A stretch of DNA of 63,973 nt, counting the filler, from Nemertoderma westbladi (Eukaryota > Animalia > Xenacoelomorpha): assembly GCA_032718475.1 (NCBI GenBank). It is 3 parts of 3 records of this genome, joined end to end, with 100 filler letters (N's around TTAATTAATTAA, not from the genome) between each part and the next. Parts side by side here need not be neighbours in the genome. Positions count along the whole stretch, not along the records: positions 1 to 28,888 come from JAUCBJ010004891.1; positions 28,989 to 58,330 come from JAUCBJ010004894.1; 1 more part is not named here. One strand, given 5' to 3'. Both the position numbers and the translations under genes were made by a program. Positions 26,368 to 39,000 of this stretch are shown in pieces. The notes under the pieces were generated by a model, which saw nothing but the letters and a program-made list of their open reading frames with translations, did not search any database and was not told where the DNA came from. Position 1 is the first letter of the stretch; every line of letters starts with the position of its first letter.

Positions 26368-28841
26368 GTTGTTACCAACTAATCTCGGAAAAAATAACCA
26401 ACTACATCATGTTTATATCAAGAAGCCACTATTAATTTACAATACAACAAACCCATCCAGATACCCTAGATTTCTAAAAGGGTTTTGTTTGGGGGTATAA
26501 ATTTTGGGGGGAGACACTAATTACAAATTAATAAATAACACGAGCGGCCAAGGCATTACATATGTATTAACGCCAACAGTAATACCGATTTCCCAACTTA
26601 CTCTATGTAATATTACTATTAAATTGTATAATATTAAAAAAATATTAATAAAAAAAAGTAGAACATTTTTTTTCTCAATATTCTCTCGACCCTTTATTAA
26701 CCTCGCTGGCGCTCGGTAAATAAAATGCCTCGAGAATAATGAAAAAAAAGTTCTACTTTTTTTTTCCATGTAATAAATAATTATTTATTCTTAAATTGTT
26801 ACCTTTTCGCTTGAATTTAGACCAAAATCGGGAGAAAATGTTTAACTTTTTTTCCCGGCTAAAAAAGTAAAACATAATATTTTTGGTGGAATTTCTTAAA
26901 TTTTATTACCGTTATACCGGTACCGTACTGTAGTTCTACAGCAGTGTGCAGTATGTACGTTATTTACAACTGCTAGGTACAGTACAAGCCTGGCTGTCTG
27001 GCAGTCTGGTGCGATCGCCTTTACGGTAGAATCGTAGAAACTGTTGAGAATGGGATCAGGATGCTGCTGCCCATAATTTTCAAATAGTGAAAGTAAAAGA
27101 TCTCTGAGTAGGCTGAGTTGAGTGTGCAATCTGAACTTGTAGTGTAACAGTAGGCCTACTGCACTTCCCCTGTAGTTTCTCAGTAGGGTGAGTGAGGGAG
27201 ACTTGACTTTAGGGGAGACTTGATTTTTTTTAATAACTCAAAAACTATTGTAAATTATTTTAACAATACCACACAATAATGTGTAAAGTACATGTTGGCT
27301 ACACCCGCGCAACAATGTTTTATTACCTTTTGGTTATTTTTTGTTTTATTGTCAATAAACGTTTTCTGGGTTCAAAAGTAAATTTTTGCCCTTTACAACG
27401 AATGAAAATTCGCATCCTTATTTCACTGTATGTTAATTGTAATTCAACATGTGTTGACTAATTATTGCACTCTCCTGCCATATATTGTTTTCCAGTTTTG
27501 GTTCAGCCGTTTTGAAATTATATCAATTAATAGAAAAAAATGCCCATGTGGGGAGACAGGACGCTCGAGTGTGAGGGAGACTTGAACCCGCCAATGCTGA
27601 CGTCTACCTAAAGATAGACCCACGTAGAGAACCATTACACCAGGCCACTCCAACTAGTTGATTGGCACTTACACCGACGCAGCTATCAATGGATGGCTAT
27701 GCTTCATGCAGTAGGAGTAGCCCCTCTCTCGATTAAACCAAACCCAGCCAAGCCAACCAACAACTCTTCCTTCCCCTCTTTGCAATGTGGTAGCCCGCCA
27801 ACTTGGTGATTAACAACTTAAACAAGATGCCACTATGTCAGAAAGCGACACACATCAATAGAATTACATGAAAACAATTAAAGTGCTCCTGGATTGAAAA
27901 TTATACAAGATATTCATTAATAAAAAGTACCTTCCCGCGTTAAATTTTATTGCGGTTTTAATTAACTATTATTTATTTATTTATTGTTAGGAGAACCATG
28001 TGAACGACCACCTAAATTTGTACAAAATTTGGGATAATAATTTGACAAATTAATAATCGTATTTTTTGCATGTTTGCTGCTCTACTATAAAATAGACATG
28101 TTGAACATTATTAGGTTATTAGGCCTACACTTCTTACGCATTTCTGAAAGAATTTACAAGAATGTGAGGTGGGGTTCAAGTCTCCCACCCTAGGTGTCAA
28201 GTCTCCCCCCATTGAGGGATACTTGACGCTTTTTCGAAAATACGGATAATTGGTTTAATTAAAAAAGTTTAAGAGTTGAAATTCTCAAACTCTCACATAA
28301 TGATAGCAATCATAAATGTAATCTGAAAAAGTTAAAACGGCATTGAAAAATTCATATATCTGTTCTTTAGAGCGATTATAACTTTTGGGGTTCAAGTCTC
28401 CCTCACTCACCCTACCGGTACCGGTACATTAAATTATTGCTCAATACAGCAATATGTTATTTTCAGTAGGCCTACCGGTCTGGTAGGTTCTGTAGTTGTA
28501 AGGCAGTGATGTGATTGAGAAAGGAAGCTGCGGTACCGTTACCGGTACTGTACGATGCATGCAGTCAGTCTACCTACACTCTGAACTAAAACATACCATA
28601 GGCCTACAGTAGTCTTATTCTTACAACTTTCACTTTCACTCATGTTAGTAAAGGTACCGACCGGTATGCTAACTACTGTATTCACAACACGGCAAACAGG
28701 CATAAATATAATTTCAAACATGCAGATATCGGAGTGTTGAAAAATAAATGTGTTATTATTTCCTAGGACTAAAATAACACAATTTTTAGATAGGTTATCA
28801 TTTCGATTGTGTTATTTTTTCCGGGATTGGTTGGTAACAAC
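26368..28841. mobile_element. Non-autonomous TIR element hosting a nested MITE
   Basis: ~31-bp TIRs GTTGTTACCAACYAATCYCGGAAAAAATAAC with two mismatches; no clear TSD. Confidence 0.6.
27186..28412. mobile_element. TA-flanked non-autonomous DNA transposon
   Basis: Perfect TIR GGGTGAGTGAGGGAGACTTGA, TA on both sides, internal GGGAGACTTGA subterminal repeats. Confidence 0.85.
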
Positions 28842-28888
28842 TTCATTGATAACGGTAAACCTATAACACAAACGTGTGTAATGCTGAT

Positions 28889-28988
28889 NNNNNNNNNNNN
28901 NNNNNNNNNNNNNNNNNNNNNNNNNNNNNNNNTTAATTAATTAANNNNNNNNNNNNNNNNNNNNNNNNNNNNNNNNNNNNNNNNNNNN
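28889..28988. other. Artificial contig linker (N44-TTAATTAATTAA-N44)
   Basis: 100-bp spacer with a six-frame stop cassette; identical design at 58331-58430. Confidence 0.97.
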
Positions 28989-28996
28989 GGGGGGGG

Positions 28997-29648
28997 GGGT
29001 ACACCATTTTCGGACAATTCTTCGATTTATCTCTCTCAGCATTTCAAAATTATTTGGTTTTTGGCTATAATTTGGAGTATAGGTACCTAAAATGCTATTC
29101 TACATGATTGCTCAGAAAAATTTTATTTTTCGCTATTTAATATTAGTTAATACAAGTTAACAATAATAAAAATTAATTGCGCTTTAAAACCCTTAAGGCT
29201 TTTAAAGTTCTAAATTTAAACACATGAAAGTTTTTTTATATGATAGATCAAAGATGGCGCAACATAACTATCAGGCAAAATTTTGTGAAAATAATTCTGC
29301 GCCGCTAGGTGGCGTAGCTAATTTATGCTATTTTTTGAGTTTGTTATAAATAGTATTAAATTTTATTAACAAAAAATTTCAAAAAGTTGTCTGTTACTTT
29401 TATGCAGGGTGGCTAATGAGACACCCACAGTAGGGTTTTGAAGTTGACAATTTCCCAAATAAAATATTTGGAGATAATCGACCTTTCATTATACATAGTA
29501 ATAGTAATTTCAATAGGATTCCCTAAATGGAAATTGTTACAACTTGAAAACTAAAAGAGCTATTAAATAGCGGTTTTCAGATTTGGAAACACCATTTAAT
29601 CGATCGTAAAAATAATGTCGCAATATTTTGGACCAAAATGGTGTACCC
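28997..29648. mobile_element. Non-autonomous TIR element
   Basis: GGGTACACCATTTT / AAAATGGTGTACCC inverted termini, followed by a CATGACCTACTATAACAG / CTGTTATAGTAGGTCATG palindrome. Confidence 0.6.
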
Positions 29649-29829
29649 ATGACCTACTATAACAGTCTGTAACAGTCTACTACTGTTATAGTAGGTCATG
29701 GGGTACCCCCCCCCCCCCCCCCCCCCTAAAAAGAGCTAAATTTATTTATTTATTAAGACTGCGCACATTAATATTTTATAATAAGGTTATAATAAATTAT
29801 TCATTAAGAATGTCACTCTTTATGAAGTA

Positions 29830-29922
29830 CCAACCGAATGTCACACTTTATGATGTGCCAACCGAATATACCAACCGAATATACCAACCGAATATACCAA
29901 CCGAATATACCAACCGAATATA
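29830..29922 (-). repeat. 13-bp tandem repeat spanning a DPP exon donor junction
   Basis: (CCAACCGAATATA)x5 plus diverged copies; reads TATATTCG|GTTGG on the minus strand. Confidence 0.85.
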
Positions 29923-30034
29923 CATGCCGTGTAAAAGGACCCATTTGTGTTGATATGAAATAAAGTAATCTTGTCTTTGGAATAAATCGCAATATTTCCG
30001 TAACTTCCCATTGTCCGCGTGTTAAGAATTTACC
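29915..30034 (-). CDS. DPP4/6/10-family (S9B) beta-propeller exon
   Basis: ttacag|GGT acceptor; GKFLTRGQWEVTEIL...LLYFISTQMGPFTRHVYS resembles DPP4 FITKGTWEVIGI...LYYISNE; donor TCG|gttggt. Confidence 0.85.
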
Positions 30035-30765
30035 CTGTAAGAAATAGAGGCTAATTAGAGTCAGATAGAAAAAAAAAACAATTTATTTACCTGAGTGAAA
30101 TAAAGTTGCCATTATTTCGATATGCGGTGGCGTGTCACTTAGAAAATTGGTTAACTGGTCAAAATCACATTCGAGAAAAACGCAGTTAAAATTTAAATGG
30201 TAAATGGATTTTAGATGGACATGACGATTTGAATTACATTTTTCAAATACTTAAAATAACATTTAAGGCAAGAAAAAAGGCAAGTGTTAGCGCATTGGAA
30301 AGGTAAATAAATGTTCTCTATTAACGTTTATGAATAACTAAAAATCGACCAGATGACCAGTTAACCCTTTTTCTAGGTGACGTAGGCCTATTATAAATAA
30401 TTCGTAATAATTTATTAGTAAAAAATAGTAAAAAATGTATAATATCATATTTAATTAAATTCACGTTAAGTCTTCTGCAGTAAGTAAACATATTAACAAT
30501 AAATTAAGTTTGTAATTAATTAACAATATAGGCCTAATTGCGGCTACGCCGTACTGAGACTGAAAGATATTAATTTAATCTTTAAAAATATATAAACCCC
30601 AATTGGGGGAATCGGTATAAGTGTCATATGGAAGTTACTATGAAATATTTATTTAAATTAAATATACAACAGTTATATTAATAAAAAGAAAGATGTTAAG
30701 GAATGAATCAGAACTGATATTATTGTTTATGATGTAATGTAAATGGGTTTGTTCAGTTTTTAAAG

Positions 30766-32541
<1,776 letters not shown>

Positions 32542-32544
32542 CCA

Positions 32545-33820
32545 ATTTATTTATTTAATATCACCTGGCAGCAATACTCGAGCTGAATATTTATTTAATT
32601 AATATCACCTGGCAGCAATACTCGAGCTGAATATTTATTTATTTAATATCACCTGGCAGCAATACTCGAGCTGAATATTTATTTATTTAATATCACCTGG
32701 CAGCAATACTCGAGCTGAATATTTATTTATTTAATATCACCTGGCAGCAATACTCGAGCTGAATATTTATTTATTTAATATCACCTGGCAGCAATACTCG
32801 AGCTGAATATTTATTTATTTAATATCACTTGGCAGCAATACTCGAGCTGAATATTTATTTATTTAATATCACCTGGCAGCAATACTCGAGCTGAATATTT
32901 ATTTATTTAATATCACTTGGCAGCAATACTCGAGCTGAATATTTATTTATTTAATATCACTTGGCAGCAATACTCGAGCTGAATATTTATTTATTTAATA
33001 TCACCTGGCAGCAATACTCGAGCTGAATATTTATTTATTTAATATCACCTGGCAGCAATACTCGAGCTGAATATTTATTTATTTAATATCACCTGGCAGC
33101 AATACTCGAGCTGAATATTTATTTATTTAATATCACTTGGCAGCAATACTCGAGCTGAATATTTATTTATTTAATATCACCTGGCAGCAATACTCGAGCT
33201 GAATATTTATTTATTTAATATCACCTGGCAGCAATACTCGAGCTGAATATTTATTTATTTAATATCACCTGGCAGCAATACTCGAGCTGAATATTTATTT
33301 ATTTAATATCACCTGGCAGCAATACTCGAGCTGAATATTTATTTATTTAATATCACCTGGCAGCAATACTCGAGCTGAATATTTATTTATTTAATATCAC
33401 CTGGCAGCAATACTCGAGCTGAATATTTATTTATTTAATATCACCTGGCAGCAATACTCGAGCTGAATATTTATTTATTTAATATCACCTGGCAGCAATA
33501 CTCGAGCTGAATATTTATTTATTTAATATCACCTGGCAGCAATACTCGAGCTGAATATTTATTTATTTAATATCACCTGGCAGCAATACTCGAGCTGAAT
33601 ATTTATTTATTTAATATCACTTGGCAGCAATACTCGAGCTGAATATTTATTTAATTAATATCACCTGGCAGCAATACTCGAGCTGAATATTTATTTATTT
33701 AATATCACTTGGCAGCAATACTCGAGCTGAATATTTATTTATTTAATATCACCTGGCAGCAATACTCGAGCTGAATATTTATTTATTTAATATCACTTGG
33801 CAGCAATACTCGAGCTGAAT
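32545..33820 (+). repeat. 44-bp homogeneous tandem array (~29 copies); resumes at 40445-40505 after the LTR insertion
   Basis: Unit AATATTTATTTATTTAATATCACCTGGCAGCAATACTCGAGCTG. Confidence 0.97.
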
Positions 33821-34098
33821 TGTTAGCTTATCCAATTCCGCTAACACAAACCCATAGAGTGAGCCATAAAGCAATATTGGGAGCACGAGGTTGATTACCA
33901 ATCAACCTCGTGTCAGCCCAGTAAACGGGGACAATAGGCCCCAAAGGAGACACACACAATAAGGGTCAGGGGCCAAACCCCTAACCAAGAGAGAACAGAT
34001 GGAGTGAACGGGAACACTCCACGGGGTGCCAACAAGGGTATCAACCAATCAGAGGGGGGCAAGGCATCGATTAGGTAGTAATTAGGCCAACCGTGCAA

Positions 34099-34131
34099 TA
34101 TAACCAGTAACCCAATATCAGTAATTCAGTT
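34099..34131 (+). promoter_or_regulatory. LTR core promoter (TATAA + TCAGTT initiator)
   Basis: TATAA at 34099 and TCAGTT at 34126, with upstream CCAAT motifs; similar TATA-Inr spacing in the BEL-B LTRs. Confidence 0.55.
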
Positions 34132-34422
34132 ATCTCAGTGCAGTAGTGCTAGCATAGGTTAATTAGTTTAGATAGGGGAGCACGGGACTTTAGTTACTGT
34201 ATCCCGCCTTCCATATACTATACAATATATCTATATCTTATACCTTTATTATTATACACCGAACTTCAGAACTCATTTCACTTTCATTCACTCTTTATAC
34301 ACGGCGGGGACGCGTGAACTAAATACCGGATAAATCGGGATCCCTCCTGGATCCCGTCACAGTAACTAAAACCAACCGCTGCCCTAGCTAGCCAAACCAT
34401 CAGCCACCAATTACCAAAGGAG

Positions 34423-37400
34423 ATGAGTCAGTCAAGAAAGACGACACCGCCGCGGACCCCGGACGGCGATCTAACGATCCGCGAGGCCGCGACGAGACGG
34501 TATGCACCCACAACGCCGAACCCATCGAGAACGGGCCATCCGGCGATCCGAGACGAGGGGGGCCGTCTACAGCGAGAGGACGAGACGGGAAGGAAGAAAG
34601 ACGAGTCGACGCGGATCGAGGGTCGACGTACCGATGTCGCCGGCCAGCCACAGGCCGAGGGCGACGGACGACCCACCGGAACGGCGACGGTGGGGCCGCC
34701 GGTACGACGTCGGGCCCGGAGAGACGGAGGAGAGGTCGGCGACGAGGACGTCGGGGTTTCTGATCGACTTCGACGGGCCTACCTCGCGACCCGGAAGCAA
34801 CTGAGAGAGGCCAGAGGAAGGGCGAAGATAGACAAGGTGAGATTAACAAGAGGACTAGGTGAGTCGAGCAGATACTTTGATTACCTAATGCGTTTTGGGC
34901 AGAGAGAACTAGCCGAGGAGAGGGCGAGGGGAGTTGCCAACGAACTGATTGAAGTATGGGAGTGTAGGGGTATGGAACCTAGCGTAGTGTACGTAGGGCC
35001 ATACTTAGTCGATGCCCGGGGAGTAAAATTAGTGGGTTGGAAGAGACCTGAGGAGGGCGAATCCGAGGTTAAACCCGAGGATTCGGTCTCGTCGGTAGGA
35101 GGAAGTTCCGGGAGGTGGGGGAAAGTTGGTGGGACGGAGGGGCGACGGGAGTCCGTCGCAACCGATAAGTCTGCTACATCCTCCGCAAAAGAAAGAAGGG
35201 TGCGGGAGATAGGTCTGACGTGTGAATTAGAAACGGTGGCGAATGAGCAGAATGAGTTAGAGTGGCAATTGAGAGAGAAAACCGCATTGTTGGAGGGAGA
35301 AGAAGAGTGGGCGAGGGAGTGTAGAGAGGAAGCCGAGGGGTGTAGAGAGGGAGCCGAGGAGTGTAGAGAGGCAGCCGAGGAGTGTAGAGAGCGGGAGATG
35401 GGAGTAGAGAGCGAGTCGGCGAGGCGGTTGGAGATGACTGCGAGATGGTCAGAGTTGGAAGAACAGAATATGCGAGAGAGAGAGATAGAGAGTAAGCGCG
35501 TGCAGGATGATTTGCGTGCCCAGCTAGAGAGGCTTACACAATATCAAGCCAAACTGAATCAGCGCCGACTAGAACTGGCGCGGTTGGAACTATCAGAGAG
35601 TGAGACCCCACTTACAGACACCGGGCGAGAGAACCAGAACTGGTGTAGCCGTACGGGCGGGGGGGGGTAGTAGTAGTACGTTAGAAATAGTTAATATTAA
35701 TAGTACCGTAGTAGATAACCCTAATCCCTTTATTACAGGAAATAATATTTTACCGGGTAGTAGTAATTTAAATTTAAATAGAAATATTCTAAACAATAAT
35801 TTCAATTCAAACCCGCAAAATAATTCGAATAATAATTTAAGTTTAGAGAATAGTAGTGATCTAAGTAATTTAAATAATTTAAATAATAATCCCGTTTCAA
35901 ACTCTAATAATTTAATTGATTTAACAAATAATATTGGGAATGGTGCTATTAATATGAGCGTGTCGGACGTACATAACCCGGCAGACGGCGACCTGGCAGG
36001 CCACGTAGTTAGTAGGCAGGAAGTGGCAGGGTTGAGCCAACCCGACGGCGGCCTGGTAGGCCACGTAGTTGGTAGGCAGGAGGTAGCGGGGTTGAGCCAA
36101 CCCGAGGTGGGCCTGGTAGGCCACGCAGTAGTAGAGAGAGAGGCGGGGGTGAATAGACCCGGCCGTAGTAGAGACAGTGCGTCGACTAGAGAGGGGTGTA
36201 GAGACGAAGTAAGAGATAGTGAAGTTAGATGTGGCGAGTGGGGGGGGGGGCTATGGGCGCCCCACCACATGAGATTAGCGGCGAGAGAGGGGGGGCAGAG
36301 AATGCCCCACAAGAGGGGTGTAGAAGTGTAGTAAGAGGTAGTGAAGTTAGAAGTGGCGGGTGGGGGGGGGGCTTCGGACACCCCACCGCGAGAAGTTAGT
36401 AGAGAGAGAGGGGGGGCAGAGAGTGTCCCACAGCCGTCAGCGGATAATGCGCGGGCCGAATCAGGTAAACCGCAACACCCGGCGACGGAGAGTAATAGGG
36501 GGATTGCGAGTATCCCCAGCGGCGTGCGATCGAGCAGAGAGAGGCAGGTTGACGTCGCGAGAGGGCAGGCGAAGCGTCGAGCCCGATCAGAAGAGGGAAG
36601 AAGAACAGTGGAGTTTAATCGGGAGGTCGACGAGAGACCTCACGAGCCGGAATACTACACAGAAAAGAGAAGAAGAGAAGATAGTAGAAGAAGTGTCGCC
36701 ACGAACGATAGCAGTGCGAGGACGGATAACGGACCGTCGACAGTAGAGATGGAGTCAGGGGGCCAGTGGGGTCGAACTTCGGGAGATTGCCGTAGCCCCG
36801 GAGAAACGCACCGCACCCCAAGAGAGGGGTACAGGAGGCACCAATACAAAGTCGAGAACAGGAGAGGGGATCGAAGAGAAGCTTCCCGACGGGATATAGC
36901 TGCCGATCGAGAGTGCAGTAGTCGCGGGGAGATTCGAGATTCGCAAAGAATAAACTTCGGTTCGGAAGGGCACATGCAGACTGCAGGACATACTGTAGGC
37001 CTTACTGCACATACTATTATAGGCCATGCTGGGAGAGATAGAGTAGGCGATGGGGTAGCGCGAACGACGGGATTAAACCCGGAAGTCGCGGAGTACATAC
37101 CGGTAGGTAGGCGAGAGGTAGGTAGGCCTATATCGGTACAGCAGCATGACTATAATACACAGGGACATAACATGTATCCAGGGGAGGGGGGAGTTATTGG
37201 AGATAGACGTATGGGCCCCAATGTATTAACATAACCCCAGTACCAAACATACCGGCCGGGGGGGGACAGGGTGACATTCCCCCATCACAATATCGACAAT
37301 ATACCCCAATAGGAGCGAGAACATCGAACCCCTTGGACGAGAACAGGTCGTGCGGACAGTCAATACCACACGCGGCCGTACAGGGGACTGCTAGTCCACA

Positions 37401-38124
37401 GTTAGCTGGTAGCAGGGCCACACCGTGGCAGGGACAGAAAGAAAATAACACCAAAAATAAACACAATCCCAATATACCCAGTAGGCCGAGTCTAGACAAC
37501 CAAAACATTAAATCGGTACATATAAACCTAAGCGCGATACGTGAAGGACTATACAGGAAACGCTATAATCCAGGATTCCAATGTCAATTACATCGGGACG
37601 GAACCCATAAGACCAGGAGTTGTAAGTACTGGCAAGCGTTGCCCAAACGAGATCGTGTAGCCTACACAGACGCAAACGGACTATGTCATCGATGTGTGGT
37701 AAAAGGACACAGATCCGGAGAGTGTTGGAAAGGGAGAGGATGTGAAAGGACTAAACCAGGGGCAGAGAAGCCCATTAGCAAACATAAGGGAGTCGGGAAA
37801 GTAGGAGGAGGCGTGTTGCATACACACGCAGGACGGACACAGTGCGAGGGGGCATTGCACGGGCAGACACCGCGTATACCGAGGAACGAGCGGGGGTCGT
37901 CGAGGGCTCTAATGCCAGCGCACATACGAAGGGGGAGGCCAGCAAAGGTGGCACCGAAGAGAGTGTGGCGAAGAGTTAGAGGACGTATAGGAGGGCAGCA
38001 GGAGAGTGCCTACTGGAAGAAGGGGCACCTGAGAGTTTTTAGTCGTCCAAAGTTTTGGACTGAGGGGGGTGGGAATGAGGGCGAGACGCCCTTCCCACGC
38101 ACAAAATATAAAATAATTATTTAA
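34423..38124 (+). pseudogene. Interrupted gag-like coding region of BEL-A (ORFs 34423-35670, 35600-36331, 36341-37234, 37333-38124)
   Basis: Coiled-coil N-terminus homologous to BEL-B (YVGPYL, PEDSVSSV, ESVAT.KSATSS), Asn-rich segment, C-terminal Zn knuckles; several frame changes fall near G homopolymers. Confidence 0.75.
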
Positions 38125-38179
38125 TTAAAATAAGAAAATAATTAAATAATAGAGTAGGTAGAAGTTAGGTAGTAAGAGA

Positions 38180-39000
38180 GTAGTACCGATAGTTAGTTAG
38201 AGAGTTAGAGGGTATGTAAGTACCGATAGTTAGTTAGAGAGTTAGAGGGTACGTAGTACCGATAGTTAGTTAGAGAGTTAGAGGGTACGTAAGTACCGCT
38301 AGTTAGTTAGAGTTAGAGGGTACGTAAGTACCGCTAGTTAGTTAGAGAGTTAGAGGGTACGTAAGTACCGCTAGTTAGTTAGAGTTAGAGGGTACGTAAG
38401 TACCGCTAGTTAGTTAGAGTTAGAGGGTACGTAAGTACCGCTAGTTAGTTAGAGTTAGAGGGTACGTAAGTACCGCTAGTTAGTTAGAGAGTGGTACGTA
38501 GTACCGCTAGTTAGTTAGAGAGTTAGAGGGTACGTAAGTACCGCTAGTTAGTTAGAGAGTTAGACGGTACATAAGTACCGCTAGTTAGTTAGAGTTAGAG
38601 GGTACGTAAGTACCGTTAGAGAGTAAGAGTTAGAGGGTACGCAGTACCGTTAGAGAGTAGGAGTTAAGGGGTACGTAGTACCGTTAGAGAGTAAGAGTTA
38701 GAGGGTGGTACGTAGTACCGTTAAAGAGTAAGAGTTAGAGGGTACGCAGTACCGTTAGAGAGTAAGAGTTAGAGGGTACGCAGTACCGTTAGAGAGTAAG
38801 AGTTAGAGGGTGGTACGCAGTACCGTTAGAGAGTAAGAGTTAGAGGGTGGTACGTAGTACCGTTAGAGAAGTTAGTAAGAGGGTACGTAGTACCGTTAGT
38901 TAGTGGAGTTAGAGTAGTGAGAGGGTACGTAGTACCGTTAGTTAGGAGAGTTAGGAAGTTAGTGAGAGAGTACGTAGTACCGTTAGTAGAGAGTTAGCAG
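38180..39000 (+). repeat. ~33-37-bp tandem array inside the BEL-A 3' region
   Basis: Unit ~GTACCGCTAGTTAGTTAGAGAGTTAGAGGGTACGTAA, drifting along the array. Confidence 0.9.

Noticed and set aside
27575-27655. tRNA-like SINE on the minus strand (TGGTGTAATGG...GGTTCAAGTC)
   Set aside because: The B-box-like string is the host transposon's subterminal repeat; no cloverleaf
32545-33820. CRISPR-like regular array, or a fourth splice-site array (minus CAG|GTGATA)
   Set aside because: No unique spacers, eukaryotic context; the adjacent candidate exon at ~40470-40555 has stops in all three frames
35655-36375. Programmed frameshifts in BEL-A gag
   Set aside because: Breaks fall near long G runs, common throughout this assembly; cannot be separated from homopolymer error or decay
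38058-38110. Hammerhead in the BEL internal hairpins (CTGAGGG / CTGATGG)
   Set aside because: CUGANGA is not satisfied and no GAAA closes stem II
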